Sequence record: QB031382.1
Source of the DNA: a phage
Strand: one strand, 5' to 3'
DNA length: 64,000 nt
Shown here one piece after another: positions 1 to 10,767 of this stretch. The notes below the pieces were generated by a model. It did not search any database and was not told where the DNA came from. It worked only from the letters and a program-made list of their open reading frames with translations. How positions within the stretch are numbered: position 1 is the stretch's first letter; the number at the start of each line of letters is the position of its first letter. A program made the translations under genes and the position numbers.

Positions 1-1
1 C

Positions 2-1249
2 AACAAGGCCACAACTGACCTGTTGAATCAGAAAACGGCAGCTTTGACTGAGCAGTTAACCACTGCTAAAGGGCAGATTACAACCAACACCAATAATATT
101 ACTGGGTTGGACAATAAGCTGACTCAGACGAAGAAAGACTTGTCTGCGAATATTTCTGAAACTAATAACGCCACTGTTGATCTGATTAACGGCACAGCGT
201 CAGCTATTCGTCAAGAACTTGCTGTTGCTAAGCAGGAGATCATTGATGGTGTTGGCGATGTGTCCGAGATCAGGGCTGCAGTAGCTACAACAGCTAAGGC
301 TGTGACCGACTTAGAGGGTAAAGTAAATGCTCAGTGGGGTACAAAAATACAGGTAGACTCCGCAGGGAATAAATATGTTGCAGGTATCCAGTTGGGGATG
401 GAAGGGTCTGGGGGCCAAGTTCAATCCTACTTCATGGTTAGTGCAAACAATTTTGCGGTATACAATCCTGGCAATGGAACAGCAACCCTTGCTTTCGCAA
501 TCAAGAACAACCAAGCGTTCTTGAAAGACGCTTTTATAGAGAATGGCACGATCTCCTCTGCCAAGATCGCACAAGAAATTTCGTCAAACAACTACGATGG
601 CAACGGGTACCATAAATACGGTTGGTATATTAACAAGAACGGGCACGCCCAATTTATGGATGTGTGGGTGAAAGGCAACATCAACGCCAGTTCTGGTAAC
701 TTCACAGGGGCAGTTAACGCCACTAGTGGTACCTTCCGTGGGGATGTTTATGCCAATAATGGTAGCTTTAGAGGCACCATAGATGCAACCGGAGGTACCT
801 TCCGTGGTCGTGTAGAAGCTTCTGTTATCCGTGCCAACCAGTTCGAAGGTGCAATTGTTGCACACAGGACTTACGGGGATTGTGCTCCAGTATATAACTC
901 TCAGCAAAGGGTTTGCCGTTGGAGGTGGAGATACGTAGATAACGTTTCAGGTCAGGGTAAGAACGTAACATTCTTCTTTAAACTGAACGGTACTCTTGCC
1001 AGCTCCCAACTGAATGCATGGATAGCTGGTCATCAGATCCTTGCTGGCAAGAAGTATTTTAACGACAACAACGGCATGTGTGCGGTAGGGATAACAGGTC
1101 TGGGTGAACAAACTATAGACATTGTTATCGAGATTTACACACCGTGGTCAACGTCGAGCGTGACAGGTGTCACAATCTCCTGTCCCACTGTGATAGTAAG
1201 TCGTTCAAACTCTAGCTTCCAGGGACCTTGGAACGAGTCTCACAACTAA
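2..1249 (+). CDS. tail fibre / host-specificity protein, C-terminal part (5' end lies outside window)
   Basis: Frame open from base 2; repeated G-x-F-x-G motifs (GNFTGAVNATSGTFRGDVYANNGSFRGTIDATGGTFRG) typical of phage fibre repeats; intrinsic terminator follows. Confidence 0.55.
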   Translation, partial: NKATTDLLNQKTAALTEQLTTAKGQITTNTNNITGLDNKLTQTKKDLSANISETNNATVDLINGTASAIRQELAVAKQEIIDGVGDVSEIRAAVATTAKAVTDLEGKVNAQWGTKIQVDSAGNKYVAGIQLGMEGSGGQVQSYFMVSANNFAVYNPGNGTATLAFAIKNNQAFLKDAFIENGTISSAKIAQEISSNNYDGNGYHKYGWYINKNGHAQFMDVWVKGNINASSGNFTGAVNATSGTFRGDVYANNGSFRGTIDATGGTFRGRVEASVIRANQFEGAIVAHRTYGDCAPVYNSQQRVCRWRWRYVDNVSGQGKNVTFFFKLNGTLASSQLNAWIAGHQILAGKKYFNDNNGMCAVGITGLGEQTIDIVIEIYTPWSTSSVTGVTISCPTVIVSRSNSSFQGPWNESHN

Positions 1250-1257
1250 CCTTTAAA

Positions 1258-1285
1258 GCCCCGCTTCGGCGGGGTTTATTTTTAT
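1258..1285 (+). terminator. rho-independent terminator
   Basis: GC stem CCCCGC-TTCG-GCGGGG followed by TTTATTTTTAT. Confidence 0.6.
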
Positions 1286-1354
1286 GCTCAGATTGACTAT
1301 TGTTACAAAATTTGGTAAAATACCTTGTAGAGATTTTCATACCGGAGGAGTGAC

Positions 1355-2845
1355 GTGGCTAAGTATGGATTGACAGAGGCTGGTTTCGTTATACCAACCC
1401 TAAATGACCTAATCGTTGAAACTAAGCAAAGCCTGATCCGTGCTTTTGGCGAAAACTTCAACGTACAGAGTAACTCCGTTGCAGATAAGCTGACCACTAT
1501 CTTCAACGAGCGAGAGTATCAACTTATTCTTATGGCAGCATCTGTATACGCATCACAGACGCTGTATGGGGCAGAAGGTATTTACCTAGATGAGCTTCTT
1601 GGAAGACAGGGTATTTACCGAAGAGGCCGTTCTAAATCATCAGGTACCTGCCAGTTGACAATCAACACAACTGTGCCGTACAATATGATTTATGATTCCA
1701 AAACTTATACGCTGGACAGTGGCAACTTTGTTCTTAGCAACGATGTGCAAGTAGCAGGGAATCTTATTGCTCACAGAATAAATGCTCCAGACCTAAGGAT
1801 TGGGAAATACAACTTCCAAATTACCAACCAGACAGATGGAAGTATCAAAACAAAAAGCCTGGTTTTAACAGATAAGTCTCTGGACTCTTCTGATTTGCCA
1901 AGCTTTTACGGAGAGATTAAGCAATTCATTGTCGATAATACAACCCTGTTGAACGACGATTTGATTCAGATCGATATGTTGACAGGGACGTTGTGGATAG
2001 GGTACAATTCAAATCTTGATCAAGTTGGACTTAATAGCAGAGTAGATTTCAGAGTATCCCCGATTGTAGGGGAAAGAACTATCACACTGGATGTTATCGC
2101 TAACGAGGCTGGTGAGCTGTCAAGAGAAGCAGAAACCGTGACAACAATGTCGCCTACTCCTAGTGGATTTATCAAGCTTACCAACCGAGAAAGATTCAAT
2201 GAGGGCAGGGATGTTGAGAAGGACTCAGAGTATCGCTTAAGAGCTTCCAGCACTAAACAGTTAACATCTAAAGCTACCCGTCCTGCAATCCTTAGCGCTG
2301 TAAGCGAGGTGAAAGGTGTTGAGAAAGTAAGAGTGTTCTCTAACAACACCGATAAAACGGATGCGAAAGGTATACCACCTTATAAGTTTCAAGTGGTGGT
2401 GTTCGGTGGTGCAACAGAGGATATCTGTCAGGCGCTGTATCAAACCATAGCTTGCACAAACAGAACTTATGGGAATATCTTCTACGATATTACCACATCA
2501 GACGGTCAGACTGAAAGGATTTATTATTCTAAGGCAAACACTTACCGCCTGGATATGAGAATTACCTACTCAGGTGCTGCGCTTTCTACTACCGAAAAAG
2601 ATGCCATTACAGAGGCTCTTTTGCAGGTTGTTAACGGCTTGGATGTTGCCGATACGTTGTACAATATCCAATTGGTCGGTGCTGCATCTGCTGCTGTGTC
2701 GATAGGCAGATTTAATAGACTGGTAATTCAAGTTAAACCTGTGGGAGCTTCTGATGAAGCTTACACTACAAACGACATTGTTGCGAACATGACCGAGGTG
2801 TTTGACCTCGATGAAAGTAATATAACTTTCCAACAAACTATTTAA
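1355..2845 (+). CDS. baseplate J-like protein (baseplate wedge)
   Basis: 496 aa; N-terminal pattern AFG...F.ERE...VY.SQ...A.G..LD.L resembles Baseplate_J family (P2 gpJ / Mu gp47); lies in fibre/baseplate block. Confidence 0.5.
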   Translation: MAKYGLTEAGFVIPTLNDLIVETKQSLIRAFGENFNVQSNSVADKLTTIFNEREYQLILMAASVYASQTLYGAEGIYLDELLGRQGIYRRGRSKSSGTCQLTINTTVPYNMIYDSKTYTLDSGNFVLSNDVQVAGNLIAHRINAPDLRIGKYNFQITNQTDGSIKTKSLVLTDKSLDSSDLPSFYGEIKQFIVDNTTLLNDDLIQIDMLTGTLWIGYNSNLDQVGLNSRVDFRVSPIVGERTITLDVIANEAGELSREAETVTTMSPTPSGFIKLTNRERFNEGRDVEKDSEYRLRASSTKQLTSKATRPAILSAVSEVKGVEKVRVFSNNTDKTDAKGIPPYKFQVVVFGGATEDICQALYQTIACTNRTYGNIFYDITTSDGQTERIYYSKANTYRLDMRITYSGAALSTTEKDAITEALLQVVNGLDVADTLYNIQLVGAASAAVSIGRFNRLVIQVKPVGASDEAYTTNDIVANMTEVFDLDESNITFQQTI

Positions 2846-2856
2846 GGTGGCGGGAT

Positions 2857-3543
2857 ATGGCAGAGATTAAGTCGGATGTTAACCACATCCACACTCTGCC
2901 AGATTTTGTTCAGGGGGGTCTTGACTACCTGCCTGGAGATTTTCTGGCTGAGAAGGTTAATTTAGTCACATTCTTAACCGTGTACCTTAAAAGGTTGGAG
3001 GATGTTGATAAGATGCTGGTAGGTTTGGCTGAAGGAAGATTGCTTAACAATGCCAGCGGAAGATACCTTGACGAAGTTGGTAATCAACTTGGTATTCTTA
3101 GGAATGGACTTTCAGATGCTGATTTTCGTGCCACACTAATTATTCAGCAGGCCGCAGCATCAAGGGGCGGGACTCGCGAAGATGTCATCTCCACCTTGCG
3201 ACAATTGTTCGGAAGAGACAATTTCGATACGTGGAAAGGAGACAACTTCAGGCTTGACATAAATATTAGAAAAACTTGCTTTGACATATTGCAGTCTATT
3301 GATCAGATCTTAGACATGCTACCATTGCCTTGTCATTTGCGTCTTACAGAATCGCAAGGGCAAGCTTTTGGTTTTGAAGGGGACTCTACAGCTCTTGGCT
3401 TCGGATCGGTGTGGGAAGAAAACCAATTCGGAGTTGGTGGGCTGGCTACTTTGTTGTATGTTCCTGACGTAAGACCTGACTGGGACACCACAACCATTTA
3501 TTGTGAAAGTATTACAGTAAACGCAACTAGACAGGAGGGTTAA
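2857..3543 (+). CDS. putative baseplate/tail protein (gpI-like position)
   Basis: 228 aa directly after the J-like gene with good RBS; call is positional only. Confidence 0.3.
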   Translation: MAEIKSDVNHIHTLPDFVQGGLDYLPGDFLAEKVNLVTFLTVYLKRLEDVDKMLVGLAEGRLLNNASGRYLDEVGNQLGILRNGLSDADFRATLIIQQAAASRGGTREDVISTLRQLFGRDNFDTWKGDNFRLDINIRKTCFDILQSIDQILDMLPLPCHLRLTESQGQAFGFEGDSTALGFGSVWEENQFGVGGLATLLYVPDVRPDWDTTTIYCESITVNATRQEG

Positions 3544-5615
3544 TGGCAACAGCTGTTTTTAAACCTTACCGTGATTACTCTACAATGGCTGCACAGTTTC
3601 ATTACCGAACAGTTCAGGATACTGCTGTTCCTGGGAGGGATTATAATCATGTTGAGGGCGATGTAACTATCCCGGTTGGGGCAACCAGTATCGAGATCCC
3701 TGTAGAAATTGTTGACAAATTGCCAAACAGGTTGCCAAGAAGCTTCTTTATGGAGTTTTCATCAAACTCACAAGGGGTTATGATTGGAACACAAAGAGCG
3801 AAATGTACAATAGTTTCAGATGAGAATCTTGACAGAATATCTTGGGATACCGTTGAGGAGAGAATGTTTCACCCAAGATATTGGGTTACAACCACACAGC
3901 AGACTGAAAGCACCTGTATTGTTGCGGATAATAACTGCTGTATTAACCGTTTAGTGTCAAGAACATATGGAGGCATGGCTGGGTGCATTTGGGAAACAGT
4001 TGACAAGTATGACCATTTCGGCATTGGATTTGATGATCACTACGAGATGAGAAACACCAAGCTTTGGTTCAGAATGTCAATAACCAATGCCAGCAACTTC
4101 TCCACCCCTGAAAAGATGATTATGACTGTAGACCTTGTTGATGGCACAATCATCTATGTTCCTTTAGCTCAATATGCTGTCAGCATCTCAGAGGATAAGA
4201 ATGTTGCAGAAATTCATATTGATTTCGAGGACTGCGTCGGGATGGACCAGAACAACAACATGATGGGTGTTGATCCTCGGCAGGTGAGAAGGATTTTAAT
4301 ACCACTTATGCCTAAAGATTGGGTAAGTAATAGCACAGACCCAAGAACGGAAAATGTAGAGTGCGAGTTGCGTCTAGATCTGCTTCAGCCGGACACAGGC
4401 TGGAAAATGATGCAACTTAACAATATCCAGGTGAAAGAGCACGACGTCGGGATCTGCACAGCATATGACGATATGTGGAACGTATCTCCTTTAAGGGTGT
4501 TGAGCAATATCAAGCGTCTAGGCTATACCGGAACCATAAACCATTATGTTGGTATGAGCCATTATTATGATTACACATGGTCCGGAACTCAATGGTCTAT
4601 AAACAGAACAGGAGCTCTAAACGCTGCAGCTTACAAATGGCACGATGATTTTATGTACAATGCCAAACGACATGACTTTGATGTTATGCAGTCTGTAAGC
4701 TTTGAGCTTTACAGTGATGCCTGTCCGTTGGAATGGACCCAAAGGGATTGGAACGATAACTATGCTAAAACAGGCTATACACCTTGTAGTTACCTCCTGT
4801 CTCCAACCATTGAAGAGGGTATGAATTTCCTTACTGCAGTATTTAAGAATTTTGCATCAGCCGCTATGAGGAACAGCCTGCCAGTGATCATGCAGATTGG
4901 TGAACCGTGGTGGTGGTTCAATACCGATACTCGTAAGCCTTGTATTTATGACTACCCTACAAAACAGGCGTTTTATGATGAAACTGGTGAATATGCCCTA
5001 GACATTGGGACTATTGACGATCCTAAAACTGGTGGTGTTTATGACAAGTATGTAGCATTTTGTCGTGGTAAGCTTGGCGCTCGTATTGCAGCTATTTCAA
5101 AGGCAATAAAAGCACACGCTGCATCGGCTCAGATGACAGCCTTGCTGTTTTTCCCAACCATTATGGAAACCGAGCTTACGCAAAAACTGAACCTTGCCGA
5201 CCAATATAAAAAGGAAGCAGGCGCTCTTGATTTCTTCTGCACTGAGTGCTACGATTGGGTGATGCAGGGTGGTATTGAAAAGGCAAAAGAGTCTGTAAAC
5301 ATACCTATCGTTAAGTTAGGTTGGCAACCGTCTGAAATACAATACCTTGCAGGGTTCGTTCCTAGTAAAGAGCTTGCTCCAGTATATGGCTACGACCCAA
5401 CCAGGAATTACCAAGAATTTTTATGGAGATGTATTTGCGGAAACATGGCAACCATAGAGTATAGATACCCTGAGGTAAAACAGTATGTGTGGGCATACCC
5501 GCAAGTAATGTCTGACAGCATCACTGTTACCGCCAGAGATTCTACCGTGCTTCATATGGGGCAGGTTGCTCTGAAAGGGTATGTAGAAGATGTTGTCCCG
5601 CCAGACTTCTCATAA
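3543..5615 (+). CDS. hypothetical virion structural protein (690 aa)
   Basis: Long ORF, start overlaps upstream stop (TAATG), in tail module; no motif recognised. Confidence 0.4.
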   Translation: MATAVFKPYRDYSTMAAQFHYRTVQDTAVPGRDYNHVEGDVTIPVGATSIEIPVEIVDKLPNRLPRSFFMEFSSNSQGVMIGTQRAKCTIVSDENLDRISWDTVEERMFHPRYWVTTTQQTESTCIVADNNCCINRLVSRTYGGMAGCIWETVDKYDHFGIGFDDHYEMRNTKLWFRMSITNASNFSTPEKMIMTVDLVDGTIIYVPLAQYAVSISEDKNVAEIHIDFEDCVGMDQNNNMMGVDPRQVRRILIPLMPKDWVSNSTDPRTENVECELRLDLLQPDTGWKMMQLNNIQVKEHDVGICTAYDDMWNVSPLRVLSNIKRLGYTGTINHYVGMSHYYDYTWSGTQWSINRTGALNAAAYKWHDDFMYNAKRHDFDVMQSVSFELYSDACPLEWTQRDWNDNYAKTGYTPCSYLLSPTIEEGMNFLTAVFKNFASAAMRNSLPVIMQIGEPWWWFNTDTRKPCIYDYPTKQAFYDETGEYALDIGTIDDPKTGGVYDKYVAFCRGKLGARIAAISKAIKAHAASAQMTALLFFPTIMETELTQKLNLADQYKKEAGALDFFCTECYDWVMQGGIEKAKESVNIPIVKLGWQPSEIQYLAGFVPSKELAPVYGYDPTRNYQEFLWRCICGNMATIEYRYPEVKQYVWAYPQVMSDSITVTARDSTVLHMGQVALKGYVEDVVPPDFS

Positions 5616-5627
5616 TCAGGAGATAAA

Positions 5628-6668
5628 ATGTCAAAACCTAGTTTTCCATTAGAGATTTGGGCAGAGGAGGATCAGGTTCTGCCTAACACCCACAGACAGA
5701 ACAGGCTACGCCCGATTGATGATTTGTGGAGAAAAGGTTGGGATCTTGGTCAAAAGCCATCCTGTGAAGAACTTAACTATATTTTCAATATGCTCGGGAC
5801 TTGGGCAAAATACATTGCTGACGAGCAGATCCCCGCTCAAGAAGGCCGCTATCTGGTACGTGATAATAACTTGAGTGATCTTTTGAACATCCCTGTTGCC
5901 CGTAGAAACCTTGGAATTATTACTAAGGAAGAGGCAGACGCCAGGTATGTAAAAGTTACAGGTGATACAATGACAGGCCCATTGGGTTTGCAACGTATCA
6001 ACTTTAAAGCTGCCGAGACAGATAAGGCTTGGATAGAGACAACTATTGGCCCAGATAAGACAACTCTTGACTTTGGGTTAAGTGATAATATTGGAGCGTT
6101 CGATGATGGTGGCACATCTACAGTGGATGCGTTCCGTTGGAGATTCCAGCCAACTCAGCCGGACATTAACCCAGAGTTCACTTTAATGTACCTGAACGCA
6201 ATCACGGCTAATCGTGCGTTGTTGAAAGTGGTGGGCAATGTTGAAGTTGTTGATAACATGCGGTGTAATAACCTCACCATTAGTAGCACAGCAACATTCA
6301 CCAACTGCAATGTAGCCAGTCAGTTGACAGCTGGGTCAGTATATGTCAATGGCGGTGCAAGTTGTGATAGTATGGTTGTAAGAAGCCAGCATTGTGTTGT
6401 CGGTAACAGAAATGTGGTGCGCTCTGTGAATGGAGTGACGGCTAACGGCAACGGCGATGTAACGATCACCATCCTACAGACAGGTGTACAGGATATCAGA
6501 ATCGGTGCAAGACTTGTTGATGGTGTTTCTGAATCTCCAGTTCGCAACGGCTACGTTGTCACAGGTTGGCATTTTGGTGATAAAAAAGAGATGCGTGGTT
6601 CAACCTACTGGGCAGGGCCTTTACAAAAACTTGTAAATGGTCAATGGATCACTGTTAATTATGCGTAG
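5628..6668 (+). CDS. tail fibre protein, paralog 1
   Basis: 346 aa; N-terminus and C-terminal KLVNGQWITVNYA shared with ORF 7684-8727; followed by Tfa chaperone gene. Confidence 0.55.
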   Translation: MSKPSFPLEIWAEEDQVLPNTHRQNRLRPIDDLWRKGWDLGQKPSCEELNYIFNMLGTWAKYIADEQIPAQEGRYLVRDNNLSDLLNIPVARRNLGIITKEEADARYVKVTGDTMTGPLGLQRINFKAAETDKAWIETTIGPDKTTLDFGLSDNIGAFDDGGTSTVDAFRWRFQPTQPDINPEFTLMYLNAITANRALLKVVGNVEVVDNMRCNNLTISSTATFTNCNVASQLTAGSVYVNGGASCDSMVVRSQHCVVGNRNVVRSVNGVTANGNGDVTITILQTGVQDIRIGARLVDGVSESPVRNGYVVTGWHFGDKKEMRGSTYWAGPLQKLVNGQWITVNYA

Positions 6669-6682
6669 ATCGGAGGACTAGC

Positions 6683-7267
6683 ATGAAAATACTTCAAGAG
6701 TTTAAGCTTTACCAGCCGGGATCTGGCGAATACCACACCAACAAAGGTACCAAGGAGCTGACTCCTCAGGAGGTTGAGGATTACACGGCATACACTGGAT
6801 ATTTTTTACGTAATGATGATGGTGATTGGTATGTGCAATCACGAACACTACGACAAGAAAATCCAGGCTGTATCTTCCTACTTGTTGACGAGAAGGGTAT
6901 TCTTAAGACATCTACAGAAGAACCTGATGCCTTGTGGCCTGCTCCAGGTCTTCGTGTGGTTATCGCCAAAAAAGAAGAGGTACCAGAAAACATTATGCTC
7001 CACCACGACGCTTTGCGTTTAGTTGGTGATGAATTTGTCACAGACAATGAATTCTTTGTTCAACAGGCAGAGGGTGTCATAGAGACAGAACTTGCTTGGG
7101 CTACTGCTAGAATTGGTGCCTATCAAGACATGATTGACCTTGAATACGATCTCACTGATGACCAAAAACGCAACATCAGAGATTTGAAAATGTACAGGGT
7201 AAAACTTCTTGAAATAGATACATCTAAAGCCCCTGACATTTTCTTCCCGGAACGACCTACCCTCTAA
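6683..7267 (+). CDS. tfa: tail fibre assembly chaperone (lambda Tfa / P2 gpG family)
   Basis: C-terminal YRVKLLEIDTSKAPDIFFPERP matches the Tfa signature (YRV.L..D.S.APDI.WP..P); located immediately after a fibre gene. Confidence 0.8.
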   Translation: MKILQEFKLYQPGSGEYHTNKGTKELTPQEVEDYTAYTGYFLRNDDGDWYVQSRTLRQENPGCIFLLVDEKGILKTSTEEPDALWPAPGLRVVIAKKEEVPENIMLHHDALRLVGDEFVTDNEFFVQQAEGVIETELAWATARIGAYQDMIDLEYDLTDDQKRNIRDLKMYRVKLLEIDTSKAPDIFFPERPTL

Positions 7268-7278
7268 GAGGAGGTGTT

Positions 7279-7593
7279 GTGGAGTTGGATTTGGCGGCAT
7301 TGTACGGTATCTGCATGGGTACCGTTGTCCCGATCTGTGTATGGGCTTTCAACCAGTGGCACACCAAATGGAAAGGCATTTCCAAGAGGCTGGATGAGCT
7401 GGAGAAAGACCTCATTTTAGTGAAAAATAGCATGGTTACAAAAGATAGACTTGATTCCATTATTGAGACCCGGTTAAGTAAGCTAGAGGCCGATATTAAC
7501 GACCTTAAGCAAGATGTCAGGACAGATGTCTCCGGTATCAGAGCCGATGTGCAAAAGATTTTACACATGCTTGTAGAGCACAGTAAAAGGTAA
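7279..7593 (+). CDS. hypothetical protein with N-terminal hydrophobic helix and coiled coil
   Basis: 104 aa, GTG start after RBS GAGGAGG; hydrophobic N-terminus then heptad-like region. Confidence 0.35.
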   Translation: MELDLAALYGICMGTVVPICVWAFNQWHTKWKGISKRLDELEKDLILVKNSMVTKDRLDSIIETRLSKLEADINDLKQDVRTDVSGIRADVQKILHMLVEHSKR

Positions 7594-7603
7594 ACAAAGG
7601 TCA

Positions 7604-7632
7604 GAACGGCAAGGATGCCGTTCTTGCATTTT
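7604..7632 (+). terminator. rho-independent terminator
   Basis: Stem GAACGGCA-AGGA-TGCCGTTC followed by T-rich tract. Confidence 0.55.
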
Positions 7633-7652
7633 GTTCTCTAAAGTGTTAAAAT
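7624..7652 (+). promoter_or_regulatory. sigma70-like promoter
   Basis: -35 TTGCAT, 17-bp spacer, -10 TAAAAT upstream of gene at 7684. Confidence 0.4.
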
Positions 7653-7683
7653 AGTCCTTAAGGAATTTTCTCAGGAGAACGTG

Positions 7684-8727
7684 ATGACTAAACCAGTTAT
7701 CCCTCTTGATATTTGGGCCAATCAGGATGTTGTGCTTGAAAATACAGGAGAGTTGAACAAATCTCAACCGAACAAAGAAGAGAGATTGAAAGGTTGGGAT
7801 ATGACACAAAGGATAGCATGTGAAGTTGTTAACTTTGAACTCCACATGCTCTCTGCGTGGCTAAAGCATTTAACAGAAGATGTTGTCCCAGGATGGGATA
7901 ATAGATTCTTAAGGGTCACTAATAATCTGGCAGACGTTCCAGACAAAGCTGCTGCACGTCAAGTTCTCAATGTATACTCGCCTGAAGAAATGGATGACCT
8001 TTATGTTGACAAGGCTGGAGACACAATGATCCAGACTCAAACTTTAGGTCTTCAAAGAATCGAGTTTGCATCCGCGTCAACAGATAGTGCGGCGATATAC
8101 ACCACTATAACTCCAGACAAGACGATGATGGATTTCTGGATTATGGACAACATCGGTGGTGCTGACGGCACAGACCTTGATGATCCCTCTCACCAAATAG
8201 ACGGTTTCCGTTGGAGATTTCAACCTTCTGGTGGGCAGCCTGTGTTTTCGGCTATGAAGCTCAATGCTATAACTGCCAACCGTGCAAGACTGGCTATCCA
8301 AGGAAATCTTGAATGCAATGATGCAAAAAGCTCCTCTGCAAATGCTAATGCGGTAACGATACCTAGAGCCACTGTTAATGGACAACAATCCTGCGGCAGC
8401 GCTCAAATAGATGGAAGAGTAGATTGTAACGATAAAACCGCCAGGGGTCAATATGCAACAGTTGGTGGAAGAAACGTGGTCCGCAGGGTAAATGGTAGTA
8501 GCGCAGACAGTAGTGGTAACCTTACTATTCCTATGCCTAGTAGGGGTGTTGAAGATGTAAGGATAGCAAACCGTTTCAGAACCACCTACAGAGAATCAAG
8601 AGTATACCCTGGGCATGTAATGTGCTCCGGCAATTACGCCTATAAACACCCGTATCAGGGCGACTATTGGACTGGAGCTATTCAAAAATTTGTAAACGGT
8701 CAATGGATCACCATATCTTATGCTTAA
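7684..8727 (+). CDS. tail fibre protein, paralog 2
   Basis: 347 aa; N-terminal domain and C-terminal KFVNGQWITISYA paralogous to 5628-6668. Confidence 0.55.
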   Translation: MTKPVIPLDIWANQDVVLENTGELNKSQPNKEERLKGWDMTQRIACEVVNFELHMLSAWLKHLTEDVVPGWDNRFLRVTNNLADVPDKAAARQVLNVYSPEEMDDLYVDKAGDTMIQTQTLGLQRIEFASASTDSAAIYTTITPDKTMMDFWIMDNIGGADGTDLDDPSHQIDGFRWRFQPSGGQPVFSAMKLNAITANRARLAIQGNLECNDAKSSSANANAVTIPRATVNGQQSCGSAQIDGRVDCNDKTARGQYATVGGRNVVRRVNGSSADSSGNLTIPMPSRGVEDVRIANRFRTTYRESRVYPGHVMCSGNYAYKHPYQGDYWTGAIQKFVNGQWITISYA

Positions 8728-8736
8728 AGAGGGTAA

Positions 8737-9003
8737 ATGAAATTAACTCAGTTTTTATGGGGACTGGTTGCAGCATCTGATGACCCTACAAAAGTGTCCC
8801 AATCTAAGCTATGGTCAAACATAGGCATGGCAGTGATGACTGGGGTGTTTATTCATATGGGGTACAATGATACGCTTCCTGAATGGTATGCGTGGATATA
8901 CGCACCTTCAGTAGCCTGCCCCCAGCTTATTAGCAAATTCATCTCGCTCCGGTGGGGTTGCCAGCACCCTGACCACGTTAAAAACGAAGAGCAAAAAGCT
9001 TAA
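8737..9003 (+). CDS. hypothetical small hydrophobic protein
   Basis: 88 aa, RBS present, sits where a fibre chaperone would be but has no Tfa motif. Confidence 0.3.
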   Translation: MKLTQFLWGLVAASDDPTKVSQSKLWSNIGMAVMTGVFIHMGYNDTLPEWYAWIYAPSVACPQLISKFISLRWGCQHPDHVKNEEQKA

Positions 9004-9012
9004 GGAGAAATC

Positions 9013-10758
9013 ATGGCGCAAGACATGACAAGCTTCGAGCAGGCGGTAGATCAAGTAATTGTTGATTCTGAACGTTTGCACTTGATTGTCAACGGTAACG
9101 CTGTGGATGAAGTTGTCGTAGAGGATGGGACCACCATCCCTACGGTACGAAAAGCCATGCTTGACACCCTTTATTTTAAAACGCCACCAATCCCTTGGGC
9201 GTATGGTGCATCCACAACAGTTTTTAACCAGTTATATGAGTTTAAAGGGGACACAGGCCCTCAGTGGTGGTACGCTCCCGCAGCATCAAAATCTAACCCG
9301 GTTAGAATGCCAGCAGATCCTTCACAATCTCCGAACTGGAGATTATATACCGATTCTGCAGTAATGGCAAAATACTACGCAAAACTTAACAGCCCAAGAT
9401 TCGAAGGTGACCCGCGAGTACCTACACCTCCAATGGACGATAAGTCCGAGTCTATAGCAAACACAGAGTTTGTTGTGGACTATGTGGATAGCATATTTAA
9501 AGCCATGGAGGGGATGAAAGTTACTGTAGGGTCTTTGGTGGTAAAAGGTCTTACAGAACTTGCTAACACCATAGTTGGTGGCACCCTTACCTTACATGGG
9601 CCTGTTAATGGAGCGGATTCTACTGCACGCTTCAGGAACCTAATCCTTACTGCAAATACTTCTACACTGACTTTTGCGTGGAGCGATCCTAAGCATGCAG
9701 ACTGGAGAAGCACAGAGCTGCAACCTCATGAAGTAGCCACCCACAGAGTTATAGCTGACACTATAACTTCTGGGAAACCAGTGGCTAATAACAACGATGT
9801 GCATTTTGATGGTCTAGGTAATAACTTTTTTGACTACGTGTACATTCGTGGTAATGCCATGAAGGCAGCAACCGAACCGACATTGCAGGTCGATGGGACC
9901 ACCAGGGTTAAGAACCTTGAGGTGACAGGCACCGTTACAGGAATAACCTACTCTGTAGATGGCACCATGATCTACCCTAGCTATATTGAAAGCACAGGAG
10001 ATGCACTGATCAATGGAGATTTAGAGGTTGGCGGATCTATAGTCATTCGTGGCACAGCATCTGTCCAGAACATATCTTTAAATACTCTGAGGGTGAATGA
10101 GCGTGCCACTTTTGAAGGAGAAGGGCTTACAGCCAACAAAGGTGCAATTACCGAGCTGACAACCACTACTCTAACTGCAACAACTGCAAACTCTGAAAAC
10201 TGCAACGTTACCCGCAACTTGCAGGTAAATGGAGATGTTAGTTTAAACGCAGCAGGTACGGGAACCACTTATCTTCACAACCTTGGAATATCCGGCACGG
10301 TGACTGGGTGGCTGCCAGACTTCTCTAATGTTAACTTTGTCTGCAACGGCATTAACTCCAGTGGTAAGATAACCACCTCTCAAGAAATTGAGGCTGGTAA
10401 AACCATTACTGCCCCTACTTTCCACGCAGGAAAGGTAGATTTTGATTTAGAGGAGGTTGACGCATCTAGTGGGACATGGACACCTAACGGGCAGGCCAGC
10501 ATGTATGTTGTCCACGCGAAAGGGGATTTTACAATAGGCCAATGGCCTGGAACATCGGCTGAAGATAAACCTTACCCGTTTACTGCAATCATCTATGTCA
10601 TTCAAGATGCTGTAGGTCACAACGTGACTTTGCACGATAAGTATGCTATCCTGTCGGCAACACCTGTTATTAACAACAAGGCTAACAGTGTTACCTTGCT
10701 GCAATTAACGTATTGTGGTGTTGGTGATATCGTAGACGTAGTAATTGCACAACGTTAA
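9013..10758 (+). CDS. tail fibre / tailspike-like protein
   Basis: 581 aa, strong RBS AAGGAGA, Thr/Gly/Asn-rich repetitive beta-type sequence, in fibre block. Confidence 0.4.
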   Translation: MAQDMTSFEQAVDQVIVDSERLHLIVNGNAVDEVVVEDGTTIPTVRKAMLDTLYFKTPPIPWAYGASTTVFNQLYEFKGDTGPQWWYAPAASKSNPVRMPADPSQSPNWRLYTDSAVMAKYYAKLNSPRFEGDPRVPTPPMDDKSESIANTEFVVDYVDSIFKAMEGMKVTVGSLVVKGLTELANTIVGGTLTLHGPVNGADSTARFRNLILTANTSTLTFAWSDPKHADWRSTELQPHEVATHRVIADTITSGKPVANNNDVHFDGLGNNFFDYVYIRGNAMKAATEPTLQVDGTTRVKNLEVTGTVTGITYSVDGTMIYPSYIESTGDALINGDLEVGGSIVIRGTASVQNISLNTLRVNERATFEGEGLTANKGAITELTTTTLTATTANSENCNVTRNLQVNGDVSLNAAGTGTTYLHNLGISGTVTGWLPDFSNVNFVCNGINSSGKITTSQEIEAGKTITAPTFHAGKVDFDLEEVDASSGTWTPNGQASMYVVHAKGDFTIGQWPGTSAEDKPYPFTAIIYVIQDAVGHNVTLHDKYAILSATPVINNKANSVTLLQLTYCGVGDIVDVVIAQR

Positions 10759-10767
10759 TATATCTAA

